Virus record (IMG/VR): IMGVR_UViG_3300044297_000154
Coordinates: 1-31,898 of that record
Origin: a virus
Lineage: Duplodnaviria > Caudoviricetes
Strand: one strand, 5' to 3'
DNA: 31,898 nucleotides
The notes under the pieces were generated by a model. The model ran no database searches and was not told the origin of the DNA. It saw only the letters and a program-made list of their open reading frames with translations. The number at the start of each line of letters is the position of its first letter. Within the stretch, counting starts at the first letter, position 1. Both the position numbers and the translations under genes were made by a program. Positions 24,842 to 31,898 of this stretch are shown here, piece after piece.

Positions 24842-25795
24842 TTACTTGCAGTTGATGACGACGCAGCGTTTTTCTTCGAGGCGGGTCGCACCGAAAGTGC
24901 CGGTGACGTAGACCTGCCAGGAATTGCGCTTGTCCGGGCGGCGATCGACTGACGCCTGAACGTCGTTCCACATGCCGAGTGCCACGCCCGATTTGGCGAA
25001 CACCGGCACCATCCAGCGCGAGCCGGTCACATACTGGCCGTCCGTGTCGGAACTCGACAGCGTGGTGATCGACGTGTTGAAGTTCGCGCCGCCGGGGATG
25101 CGCTCGCTGTGGATGAAGTTGAAACCCATGAACGACGTGATCTTGCCGTCCACCAACACCGGGCGGGTGTTGTAGTCGAGGCTCACCGCTTGCGCCTCGT
25201 TCAACAGGTCATCGTGCTGCTTGGCCGTGATGATGGCGAACAGCTGATCGTTGTCGATGTCGAGGTCGGCGCCCAACAGGATTTTCTTGGCAGCGCGCAG
25301 CTTGGCGATGTTCAGGCCGGTCGCCGACGCGGCGCCGGTCGTCGCAGCGACCGATTGGCTGTTGCTGTTGTAGCCGTAGAGGCTCGAAACCGTGGTCGTG
25401 CCGTTGTCGCCGGTGTTGTTGCTACCGAGAATGCCGGCGATGATTTCGTCGTCGATCGCGCGGCCCATCGCCCAGGCACCGGCCATCGTATACGGACCGG
25501 ACGGGTCGATCAGCATGCGCAGACGGTCCTGCTGGTCGATCAGGTCAGCCCAATCGTAGTCCTGCGGGTAGACCCAGCGTTTGTCGTGCGGGGTGCTGAT
25601 CAGCGGGGTGTCAGCGTGGCGCGACACGTTGCGGCTCGGGGTGACGCTACCGAACTGCTCACAAACGCTCGCGGCTTTGCCGACGAAAGAATAGTTTTGC
25701 ACTGCGTTACGCAGGCGGCTCCCTTGCTGCTGCAGGAGCATCATCACATTCGTCGCGTACTGCTGGACGAATGCTGTTGCGACTTGAGTGGACAT
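24842..25795 (-). CDS. Major capsid protein (BPP-1-like)
   Basis: FVQQY..NV..LLQQQGSRLR, AMGRAIDDEII, FMGFNFI, GATRLEE; strong AGGAGG RBS; follows the scaffold. Confidence 0.93.
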   Translation of the reverse strand: MSTQVATAFVQQYATNVMMLLQQQGSRLRNAVQNYSFVGKAASVCEQFGSVTPSRNVSRHADTPLISTPHDKRWVYPQDYDWADLIDQQDRLRMLIDPSGPYTMAGAWAMGRAIDDEIIAGILGSNNTGDNGTTTVSSLYGYNSNSQSVAATTGAASATGLNIAKLRAAKKILLGADLDIDNDQLFAIITAKQHDDLLNEAQAVSLDYNTRPVLVDGKITSFMGFNFIHSERIPGGANFNTSITTLSSSDTDGQYVTGSRWMVPVFAKSGVALGMWNDVQASVDRRPDKRNSWQVYVTGTFGATRLEEKRCVVINCK

Positions 25796-25833
25796 TTTGG
25801 CGTCCTCCTAAATTGGTTTCAAAACGGTTCGTT

Positions 25834-25931
25834 TCAGTCCTTCGCGGCGACTGATTTCCCCGGCTTGACCTCCAAAGGAGGGGCCAACTGCAACCACCGA
25901 ATTTTTATCGGGGGGCTTTCGCCTTATCCCG
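25834..25931 (-). promoter_or_regulatory. Structured RNA leader of the major capsid gene (three hairpins)
   Basis: CGGG-ATAA-GGC-GAAA-GCC-C-CCCG (25931-25909); GGC-C-CCTCC-TTT-GGAGG-TCAA-GCC (25885-25862); TCAGTC-N9-GACTGA (25854-25834). Confidence 0.55.
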
Positions 25932-26102
25932 GTCCGGCAGCCCCAACGTGCGGTTTCCACCACTCGTTGAGTTTTTCACAACGGCATTGTAAAACTGTTC
26001 TGCGGCATTTGCAATACCCGTCAAATCTTTCGGATTGTCAGGGTATTTGGCGGCCTCGACCGCCAGGCGCAGGCACTCTAGTTTTATTTCGCGCTCATCC
26101 AT
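25905..26102 (-). CDS. Hypothetical protein (65 aa)
   Basis: MDEREIKLECLRLAVE...AEQFYNAV; TGATG-coupled to the scaffold stop. Confidence 0.65.
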   Translation of the reverse strand: MDEREIKLECLRLAVEAAKYPDNPKDLTGIANAAEQFYNAVVKNSTSGGNRTLGLPDRDKAKAPR

Positions 26103-27040
26103 CACAACCCCATGCCCGCCGATTGCTCGGGGTAGGCCATGTTGAACAGCGAGGTCATCTTGCCTTTGGCGTCCTTGTCACCGGCCATGTATTTCGACAC
26201 GAAAGCCTTGTCATTTTGCAACGCCGCGATTTCCGCTTTGGCCTGCGCCGGCGTCATGGCGTTACCGAATGCGCTGCCGTTGTCTCGGCCGGTGGTAAAC
26301 GAATCCTCACCCAGCCCGCTGCCGATCTTGGTCAGCAAACTCATCACGCCATGATGCCCCAGCGCGCCCTGCAACTTGTCGATGGCGCCGGCATCGAGCC
26401 CGAGCTTGCCGACCACTTCTTTTGCGATCATCACATTCTTGTCGTAGGCCGCACCCCACTCGACTTTCAGCTTGGCCTCGTCAGCGCTAAAGGTCGTCGC
26501 GCGATTGGTCGCTTCGGTCGCGGCCAGGTTGCCGACGTGCTCGTTCCACTTGGCGGCCACCCCTTCGGCCTGCTTCTGACTCAGCCCGAGTTCGTGAAAC
26601 CAGCCGGCGGCCGTCTTGGCAAACTCGCCCTTGTCGCCTTCCGGCACCGGAATCTTGTAATCCTTCGCGTCGGCCGGGCGGCCCAGCTTGCCGTAGAACG
26701 CATCCCACTCGGCCTTCTCGGCCTTCTCGCCGGGGATCACCAGCCGTTGATCGACGGGTGCTGATATGAATTTTTCAGCGCCGCGGTAGGCCGCCAGCAC
26801 GTCGGCGGGCGAAGCCCAGCCTTTATTCTTGACGTAGCCGACGTCGAGTTCGGTCGCACCCTTCAGCCAGTCGATCGTTTCGGTGGTCGAGGCCGCGGTG
26901 GTCGTGCCGCCCGCGCCGCCGGTCGCGCCCTCGGCGGTGCCGCCGGTCACGGCGGTCGCGGTCTGCGTGGTAGCGGTTGTGGCGGTCGCGGTCGTGCCGC
27001 CGGTCGTCAGCGTCGTTGCGGTAGTCGCTGCTTCGCTCAT
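26102..27040 (-). CDS. Capsid scaffolding protein
   Basis: Low-complexity Thr/Gly N-terminus; FYGKLGRP...Y, LGLSQKQA, LKVEWG..YD, IGSGLGED; upstream of the MCP. Confidence 0.88.
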   Translation of the reverse strand: MSEAATTATTLTTGGTTATATTATTQTATAVTGGTAEGATGGAGGTTTAASTTETIDWLKGATELDVGYVKNKGWASPADVLAAYRGAEKFISAPVDQRLVIPGEKAEKAEWDAFYGKLGRPADAKDYKIPVPEGDKGEFAKTAAGWFHELGLSQKQAEGVAAKWNEHVGNLAATEATNRATTFSADEAKLKVEWGAAYDKNVMIAKEVVGKLGLDAGAIDKLQGALGHHGVMSLLTKIGSGLGEDSFTTGRDNGSAFGNAMTPAQAKAEIAALQNDKAFVSKYMAGDKDAKGKMTSLFNMAYPEQSAGMGL

Positions 27041-27050
27041 GTGTTTCCCC

Positions 27051-27209
27051 TTATTGTTTCAACGCGGCCAACACCGCGTCGATCTTTTGATGAATCACAG
27101 CAACATGCTGGTAAACCGCGTCCATCGTCCGCATCGCGTAATTAAATATCAGCCACGCGGTCGCCGATCCGACTAACACGCCTCCTATGACTAACAAAAT
27201 ATCCCTCAT
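27051..27209 (-). CDS. Small single-TM protein (52 aa), not in the ORF track
   Basis: MRDILLVIGGVLVGSATAWLIFNYAMRTMDAVYQHVAVIHQKIDAVLAALKQ*. ATGA overlap with the upstream gene; exactly fills the gap before the scaffold RBS. Confidence 0.65.
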   Translation of the reverse strand: MRDILLVIGGVLVGSATAWLIFNYAMRTMDAVYQHVAVIHQKIDAVLAALKQ

Positions 27210-27484
27210 GTGTCTTTCCTCTCAATGGTGACGGGCTGCCCGTAGATCGCCCAAAGTTGGTCGTCGCTCAACTGCAAATGCTGCTGGATTCGAAGCCACA
27301 CTTCGCGCCGGCCGTCGAGCCGATTGGCCACTGCGGGCTCGGCGTTGAACGTGGATTGGTGCGCGCGGCAGAACTTGGCCAGGTCGCGCAGCACTTCGTC
27401 GCCAAAGGCCGACGACATGAACACGCGGATATACGCCGTGCGACGGCGCGCAAGATACTGGCGGGCGTAATCGAGCAAACTCAT
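27206..27484 (-). CDS. Bbp19-like head-cluster protein (92 aa)
   Basis: AY.RVF...G.EVL.DL.KFC...GRREVWLRI pattern; lies between portal and scaffold as in BPP-1-like phages. Confidence 0.8.
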   Translation of the reverse strand: MSLLDYARQYLARRRTAYIRVFMSSAFGDEVLRDLAKFCRAHQSTFNAEPAVANRLDGRREVWLRIQQHLQLSDDQLWAIYGQPVTIERKDT

Positions 27485-27493
27485 GCGAAAGTG

Positions 27494-27904
27494 TCAGTCC
27501 CCGTTCGGGTTGTATCCAAGCGCGCCGGCAGTTCCCGCCGACGGCATAACCAGCCGCGCTTTTGGCTCGACCTGTTTGAAATACCCCGTCAACGCCTGCG
27601 GCGGATAAAACTGCAAATTTGTTGGCGACGCGGTGTACTGGCTTCCATCATCGGCCCACGCGCCACCTTTGTACCCATCAACGCCGTGATATTTGCTTTG
27701 GTTGCTGAATGTCGGGTGATTCGGCTTTTTGTACGTGTCGGGAAAATGCCCGTTGCCTGCGGCACTTACGCCGTCTTTCCACGCGCCGCGCATATCGTAG
27801 TCATACAAGTCGCGCAACTTTCCGGTTGAACGCGCCCACGTGTTAAACGCCACTTCTTCCGCGGCCGTCAGCTTCGTGTTGTATTTGCTGGTGAAATCTG
27901 CCAT
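27494..27904 (-). CDS. Phage protein of unknown function with DYDMRG / GHFPD / KKPNHPTFS motifs (136 aa)
   Basis: TGATG-coupled to the portal stop; aromatic-rich, globular-looking sequence. Confidence 0.75.
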   Translation of the reverse strand: MADFTSKYNTKLTAAEEVAFNTWARSTGKLRDLYDYDMRGAWKDGVSAAGNGHFPDTYKKPNHPTFSNQSKYHGVDGYKGGAWADDGSQYTASPTNLQFYPPQALTGYFKQVEPKARLVMPSAGTAGALGYNPNGD

Positions 27905-29565
27905 CACGCAGCCCGGCTATCCGTCCCGGCTTTGACCATCGCCGCAACACCCGGCAAGGCTTGGACCATTTGCTGCGCCGCCTGTGCCTGCGCGCGCCCT
28001 TCACGAATCTTGGCGATCAACGCCGGGTCGCGCAGGTAGCGCACCGGCGACCCGTTGATGCTGGCCACTTCCGGCAGAATCGTGTCGAAGTCGAAGTTGT
28101 CCATCGGTGACGGATCCTGTGTCAACGCCGACACCTCGCCCGCCCACTGAACCGTCCGCATGATGCCCGCAGCTTCTTCGGCGCGCATGGCGCGGTTGAG
28201 GGGCGCATCAAACTCCACTTTGAACTGCCCGCGCGCTTCGACCAGTTCCGGCGGCGGCGGCGGCAACCACCCGCTACGCATCGCAATGTCGAATTCCCGA
28301 ATCATCATCGGGCCGACGGCTTCGGATTGCTGGCGGCCCATCGTCGGCGACAGCAAAGCGCCCTTTTCCCGCGCGCGCTCGAGAACTTCCGTCGCCGTCA
28401 TCTGCGGCGTTTCGACCAAAATCTGAAACAACGTGACCATGAATTCGTTGTTGATGGCCAGGCGCTCGTCGTCCATCAGCTCTTTGCCGACGGCGAGGTT
28501 TCCGGTTTCCAACGCATGCACAAGTTTTTGACCCTGCGCGTTGACGGCCCCCATGTTGACGGCGCCCGGCTTCAGTGTGAACGCGGACAGAATGCCGTCG
28601 TCGTGCGCCAGCAGGACCGGATCGACAATCCGGTGGCCCTGCTTGATGACGGTTTTCTTTTCCTCGTTCAAGACTTTGATGCCGGGCAGCACATTCATCG
28701 CGGGGCTGCGGCCATACACTTCGCCGGGTGCGGTGATGTAACGGCCAACCGAATACGGAAATGTGTGGTATCCGCCTTCGCCCAGCAAGGTGCGGGTGTC
28801 TTTGCAAATCCACCACGAACCGTAGCGCATGCCCTTCGCCGTCAGCGAACGCGCGCTGAAATCTTCGCGCGGCTTGACAACGTGAATGATCTGCTTTTCT
28901 TCTTCCGGTTTCGATTCCAGCTGCGACTTCAGATCGGCGGGGAACGTGTCTTTCCACTTCTGCGCCATCTGCCGCAGCGTCATCTTGAACCGGCGATACA
29001 CCGTGTCCACGATGCCCTGGTGGTTCACAGCCAAAAAGAGTTCGCCCAGGTGGCAGTGGCGGTAGCGAAAGCCGCGGCCAAACTGCGGATCGAGCGTATC
29101 CACGAACATGCCGTGGGTGCCGAACGCGCCCAAGCTCACATACCCGTCGTGCTGCTGGGACTGGAAGTTGGCGGTGGGCGCGTAGCGGTAATGCTGAATC
29201 ACAGCACTCACCTGCTCGAACCACAGCGCCACGCTGCGAATCTTCTGCAGGTCAGGGTCGCTGCAACGATACACGCCCCACTTGCCGTTCGCCGGCGTGA
29301 TCATGGATTCCATCGCTGCGGCAAAACGGAACAGGGCGGTCGTCGCCGTCGTGTCGTATTGATCCTGCCCGCGCTTGACGCCGGGCGTCATGTTGCCTTG
29401 CTGGTAAAAGCTGTTCTCGTAATACGGCAGCACGCGCTGCGACACTTCCTGCCAGTGCGATTCCCAAATGCCGCGCTTGGTGACGAGATACTCAAACTGG
29501 TTGAGCATCGCATCGACCGTCGCCTTGTTGCGATCGGCGTCCGTTTTGGGCGGCTGTTCGGTCAT
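27904..29565 (-). CDS. Portal (head-tail connector) protein
   Basis: WESHWQEV, LGAFGT, VDTVYRRF, GEVYGRSPAM, MTATEVLER, LSPTMGR. Start at ATG 29565 (ATGA overlap), not 29808. Confidence 0.94.
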   Translation of the reverse strand: MTEQPPKTDADRNKATVDAMLNQFEYLVTKRGIWESHWQEVSQRVLPYYENSFYQQGNMTPGVKRGQDQYDTTATTALFRFAAAMESMITPANGKWGVYRCSDPDLQKIRSVALWFEQVSAVIQHYRYAPTANFQSQQHDGYVSLGAFGTHGMFVDTLDPQFGRGFRYRHCHLGELFLAVNHQGIVDTVYRRFKMTLRQMAQKWKDTFPADLKSQLESKPEEEKQIIHVVKPREDFSARSLTAKGMRYGSWWICKDTRTLLGEGGYHTFPYSVGRYITAPGEVYGRSPAMNVLPGIKVLNEEKKTVIKQGHRIVDPVLLAHDDGILSAFTLKPGAVNMGAVNAQGQKLVHALETGNLAVGKELMDDERLAINNEFMVTLFQILVETPQMTATEVLERAREKGALLSPTMGRQQSEAVGPMMIREFDIAMRSGWLPPPPPELVEARGQFKVEFDAPLNRAMRAEEAAGIMRTVQWAGEVSALTQDPSPMDNFDFDTILPEVASINGSPVRYLRDPALIAKIREGRAQAQAAQQMVQALPGVAAMVKAGTDSRAA

Positions 29566-29792
29566 GCGCTGCCCAGGAGTTTCGAACTGGTGGTGTTGCC
29601 AAGACTTGACACGCCGGCGCCGCCGGTCAGCACGGTACTCGAGCGCCCGGCCAGCAAGGCTTGCCGCTGCGCTTCTGCCGCCGCGTCCATCGACGGCGCG
29701 GCACTCGTCACGGTCGGCGGGGCGGGCGGCGCGACCGGCGCCGGCGGTTCGCCAAAGACACTGCCCATTACCGATTTCAGCACACCACCCAT
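29562..29792 (-). CDS. Small Pro/Ala-rich virion protein preceding the portal (76 aa)
   Basis: MGG...PPAP...GRSSTVLTG...KLLG pattern typical of the gene before podovirus portals. Confidence 0.75.
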   Translation of the reverse strand: MGGVLKSVMGSVFGEPPAPVAPPAPPTVTSAAPSMDAAAEAQRQALLAGRSSTVLTGGAGVSSLGNTTSSKLLGSA

Positions 29793-29829
29793 AGCCTATC
29801 CCCCGCAATGCGTTGCGATTTTCTCAATT

Positions 29830-31371
29830 CTACTCGCCAAAAAGGTTGTAGTCCATCCCCGCCGCAACCGGCACTTCGCGCGACCGGCCGGCGCGCAGAT
29901 TGCGGCGGGCGAACTTCTTGGCAAATGTGCAGGCCAGCGCGTCGCCCTCGTCGGGGCTGGAAAACCCGCGGTCCTTCAGGTGCTCTTTCGTTTCCAACGC
30001 GACCTGGCTGCCGCGCCCCACGAAGTCATACTCGCGCGCCGTCAGGTCGGTCAGGAGGTCGGGGGACGCCGGAATCGACGCGCTCGGCAACCAGTCGCGC
30101 ATCTGCGCCCACAGCCACGTCGCCGTGTTCGCCCACGCCTCATCGGGTGACTTCGCGCCGAACCAGACTTCGTGAACCCGGAAGCCGCGCGACTTCAGGC
30201 CATCGCAAATTGCGCTGCCCGTGTTGCCTGCGTCGATGCACACGCCATCCGGGTTCGTCTTGTCGATCCATTCGGCGATCAGGTTTTCAGTCTGGATGCT
30301 GTCGTAGCCCTTCACCTTGATCGGGGGAATAGACTTTGCATCCCGCCCCTGCCGCCAGTAGATCACGGTGCTGTCGTTGCCAAAGCGCGCCACGTCAACG
30401 CCCATGATTAAAGGGGCATCGGGGTCTTTGACCACGGCGCGGGACTGCGCATCCACGGCCACGCTGCGGCCGATAAATTGCCGTTCGCCCTGCTTCGGGA
30501 ATTGGCCCAGCACTTCGACGCGCACGATGTCGCTGTCCATGCCGTGCCGGTCGATCAACTGCTGGTAAACCTGCGGGTCCGTCCCCTCCACGGTGCGGGA
30601 ATCAATCTGCCTGCGATTCCACGCCTCCCGATCCCGATGGTGCGTTTCAAAGAATGCGCCACTCGGGCGACGGCCGTTGCTGAACAGGTGCCAATAGCGG
30701 TGAAGCACGGGCTCAGTGAAAAAGCCTTCCGTGACGTGAAAGATTTTTTCGTGAATGCCAGATGCTTCGTCGAACAACACCTGCATGCCCAGCGGGTTGT
30801 GCGCGCCGGCAAAGGCGTCCGGGTTGTCCTCGGACCACAGTTGCGCCAGCGCGTAGTAGTAGCCAGTGTCCACTTTGAGGTCGCGCTTGATGGCTTCCTC
30901 GAACCAGGCCTGCGGTTTGAGTGACCTTGCTGACCTGTCGAACCAGTGGGAGTTGATGGCCAGCGTTTCCCACTTGCCCAATTCCGCCCAGGTGCGGCTT
31001 GTCAGCTGTGATTCAGTGTTCGCCGTGACGATCGTGGTGCTGCCGAGGTTGCACGTCATCATCCAATGCACCAACCAGCACACCAGTGCGGACTTGCCGG
31101 GGCCGCGGCCACTGACGGTCGAGTTGCGCATCACATTGGGCAGGGTGTTAAGGTCGAGTGCGAGGCGATTATTCGCAATATGCTGACTCATCGAGTCGAG
31201 ATAGTCGGCTTGCCACTTGCGCGGTCCCTTGAAAGATTCAAGGGGCGTGCCGGCTTTTCCCCACGGAAAACAAAACATTACGAACTGCAGCAAGTCCTCC
31301 GCGATTTCGGGCGACCAGAGTTCGGTCATCAATTCGCGCTCTTGGGCTGATGCGCCGGTTTGCGTTGCCAT
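29830..31371 (-). CDS. terL: Terminase large subunit
   Basis: Walker A SGRGPGKS, Walker B VLFDEASG, VRVEVLGQFP, nuclease motifs MGVDVARFGND and SPDEGDAL; GGGAG RBS. Confidence 0.95.
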   Translation of the reverse strand: MATQTGASAQERELMTELWSPEIAEDLLQFVMFCFPWGKAGTPLESFKGPRKWQADYLDSMSQHIANNRLALDLNTLPNVMRNSTVSGRGPGKSALVCWLVHWMMTCNLGSTTIVTANTESQLTSRTWAELGKWETLAINSHWFDRSARSLKPQAWFEEAIKRDLKVDTGYYYALAQLWSEDNPDAFAGAHNPLGMQVLFDEASGIHEKIFHVTEGFFTEPVLHRYWHLFSNGRRPSGAFFETHHRDREAWNRRQIDSRTVEGTDPQVYQQLIDRHGMDSDIVRVEVLGQFPKQGERQFIGRSVAVDAQSRAVVKDPDAPLIMGVDVARFGNDSTVIYWRQGRDAKSIPPIKVKGYDSIQTENLIAEWIDKTNPDGVCIDAGNTGSAICDGLKSRGFRVHEVWFGAKSPDEAWANTATWLWAQMRDWLPSASIPASPDLLTDLTAREYDFVGRGSQVALETKEHLKDRGFSSPDEGDALACTFAKKFARRNLRAGRSREVPVAAGMDYNLFGE

Positions 31372-31387
31372 TATCGCAACACTCCCT

Positions 31388-31409
31388 TTTTATTTTTCAA
31401 AAAATAAAA
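31388..31409. repeat. AT-only 10-bp perfect inverted repeat
   Basis: TTTTATTTTT-CA-AAAAATAAAA in the terS-terL gap. Confidence 0.75.
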
Positions 31410-31507
31410 TTTTTGACAGAGTGGGTCCCGCGATTGGCTGGCCGTCGCGCGATTTTCCGCCCCCGCCCCCGGCCACACTCCCCCCTTCGGGAATTCAGCT
31501 GCCGGCG

Positions 31508-31898
31508 TCATGCGAAAGGATCCGAGGCGGAATCATCATCTTGGCCGGAAACGGGCAAGGCATCTGATTGTTTATCAGTGTGCGTCGGCAGTGTAATCGT
31601 CGTGTATTCAGTATCTTGCACAATCGCTGCTTGCGCATGGTTGCGCAATGGTTGCGGCCGGCGTTTTCTGGCGTCAATCAGGGCGCCGGATATGTCCAGT
31701 TTTTCGGTAACAGTGAGATCGAGCTTATCGCCAAAGACCTTTGGCAGAAACTTGGAAGCGCGCCATTTGTGCACGTCGATCTGGTTACGCTGCACGCCAG
31801 GATGTAAGTCTGTGCGCGCCGCTATGTTAACCATTTGATCTACTTCGGCTAATGCGCCAATCGCGCGTGCTTTCAGAATTTCATCTGCCAGATTAGGT
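31508..31898 (-). CDS. terS: Terminase small subunit (Sf6 gp1-like), 5' end truncated by the window edge
   Basis: The frame stays open to the window end (PNLADEILKARAIGALAEVDQMVNIA...); IDVHKWRASKFLPKVFGDK motif; directly upstream of terL. Confidence 0.82.
   Translation of the reverse strand, partial: PNLADEILKARAIGALAEVDQMVNIAARTDLHPGVQRNQIDVHKWRASKFLPKVFGDKLDLTVTEKLDISGALIDARKRRPQPLRNHAQAAIVQDTEYTTITLPTHTDKQSDALPVSGQDDDSASDPFA

Larger units (their letters stand above)
1..31898. mobile_element. Temperate BPP-1/APSE-like podovirus genome segment, non-integrated configuration
   Basis: Complete late module, replication module, integrase and internal attP; no host genes seen. Confidence 0.92.

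Noticed and set aside
24223-24891. T7 10B-like frameshift extension of the major capsid protein
   Set aside because: No canonical slippery heptamer near the MCP end. The frame of the downstream 148-aa gene has a TGA just upstream of its ATG, and the other open frame encodes implausible Arg/His-rich sequence that crosses a terminator.
25109-30150. Long plus-strand ORFs (25109-26764, 28327-30150; likewise 3009-4103 minus, 8525-9970, 16052-17467)
   Set aside because: They are antisense shadows of well-supported genes, expected with GC-rich codon usage, and show no motifs or RBS.
213-31371. Inteins, introns or stop-codon recoding in PolA, primase, TerL or portal
   Set aside because: All are of normal length and uninterrupted in the standard code; TAA, TGA and TAG all occur as genuine stops.

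Overview
The window is about 32 kb of a GC-rich temperate podovirus-type phage genome with BPP-1/APSE-like architecture. It appears to be in its non-integrated form, because a candidate attP (the 3' end of a tRNA) has phage genes on both sides. The + strand (1-7059) carries a tightly coupled replication operon: SSB C-terminus, family A DNA polymerase, a Mom/GNAT-like protein, a TraR/DksA-like Zn finger, an amino-DNA methyltransferase, a Prim-Pol/helicase and a radical SAM enzyme. Next come a small divergently promoted secreted 'moron', the attP with arm-type repeats, and a tyrosine integrase. The - strand (31898 to 8745) is one long late operon: TerS, TerL, portal, scaffold, major capsid, decoration proteins, adaptor, nozzle, three ejection proteins, tail fibre and lysis genes. 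A SprT-like zincin and an atypical calcineurin-like phosphoesterase sit inside the lysis region. The best candidates for undescribed biology are (i) a possible DNA base-modification module (Mom-like + MTase + B12-type radical SAM), (ii) the zincin/phosphoesterase pair, and (iii) a repeated internal-loop RNA motif in the capsid leader. All functional calls come from motif recognition by eye; no searches were run.
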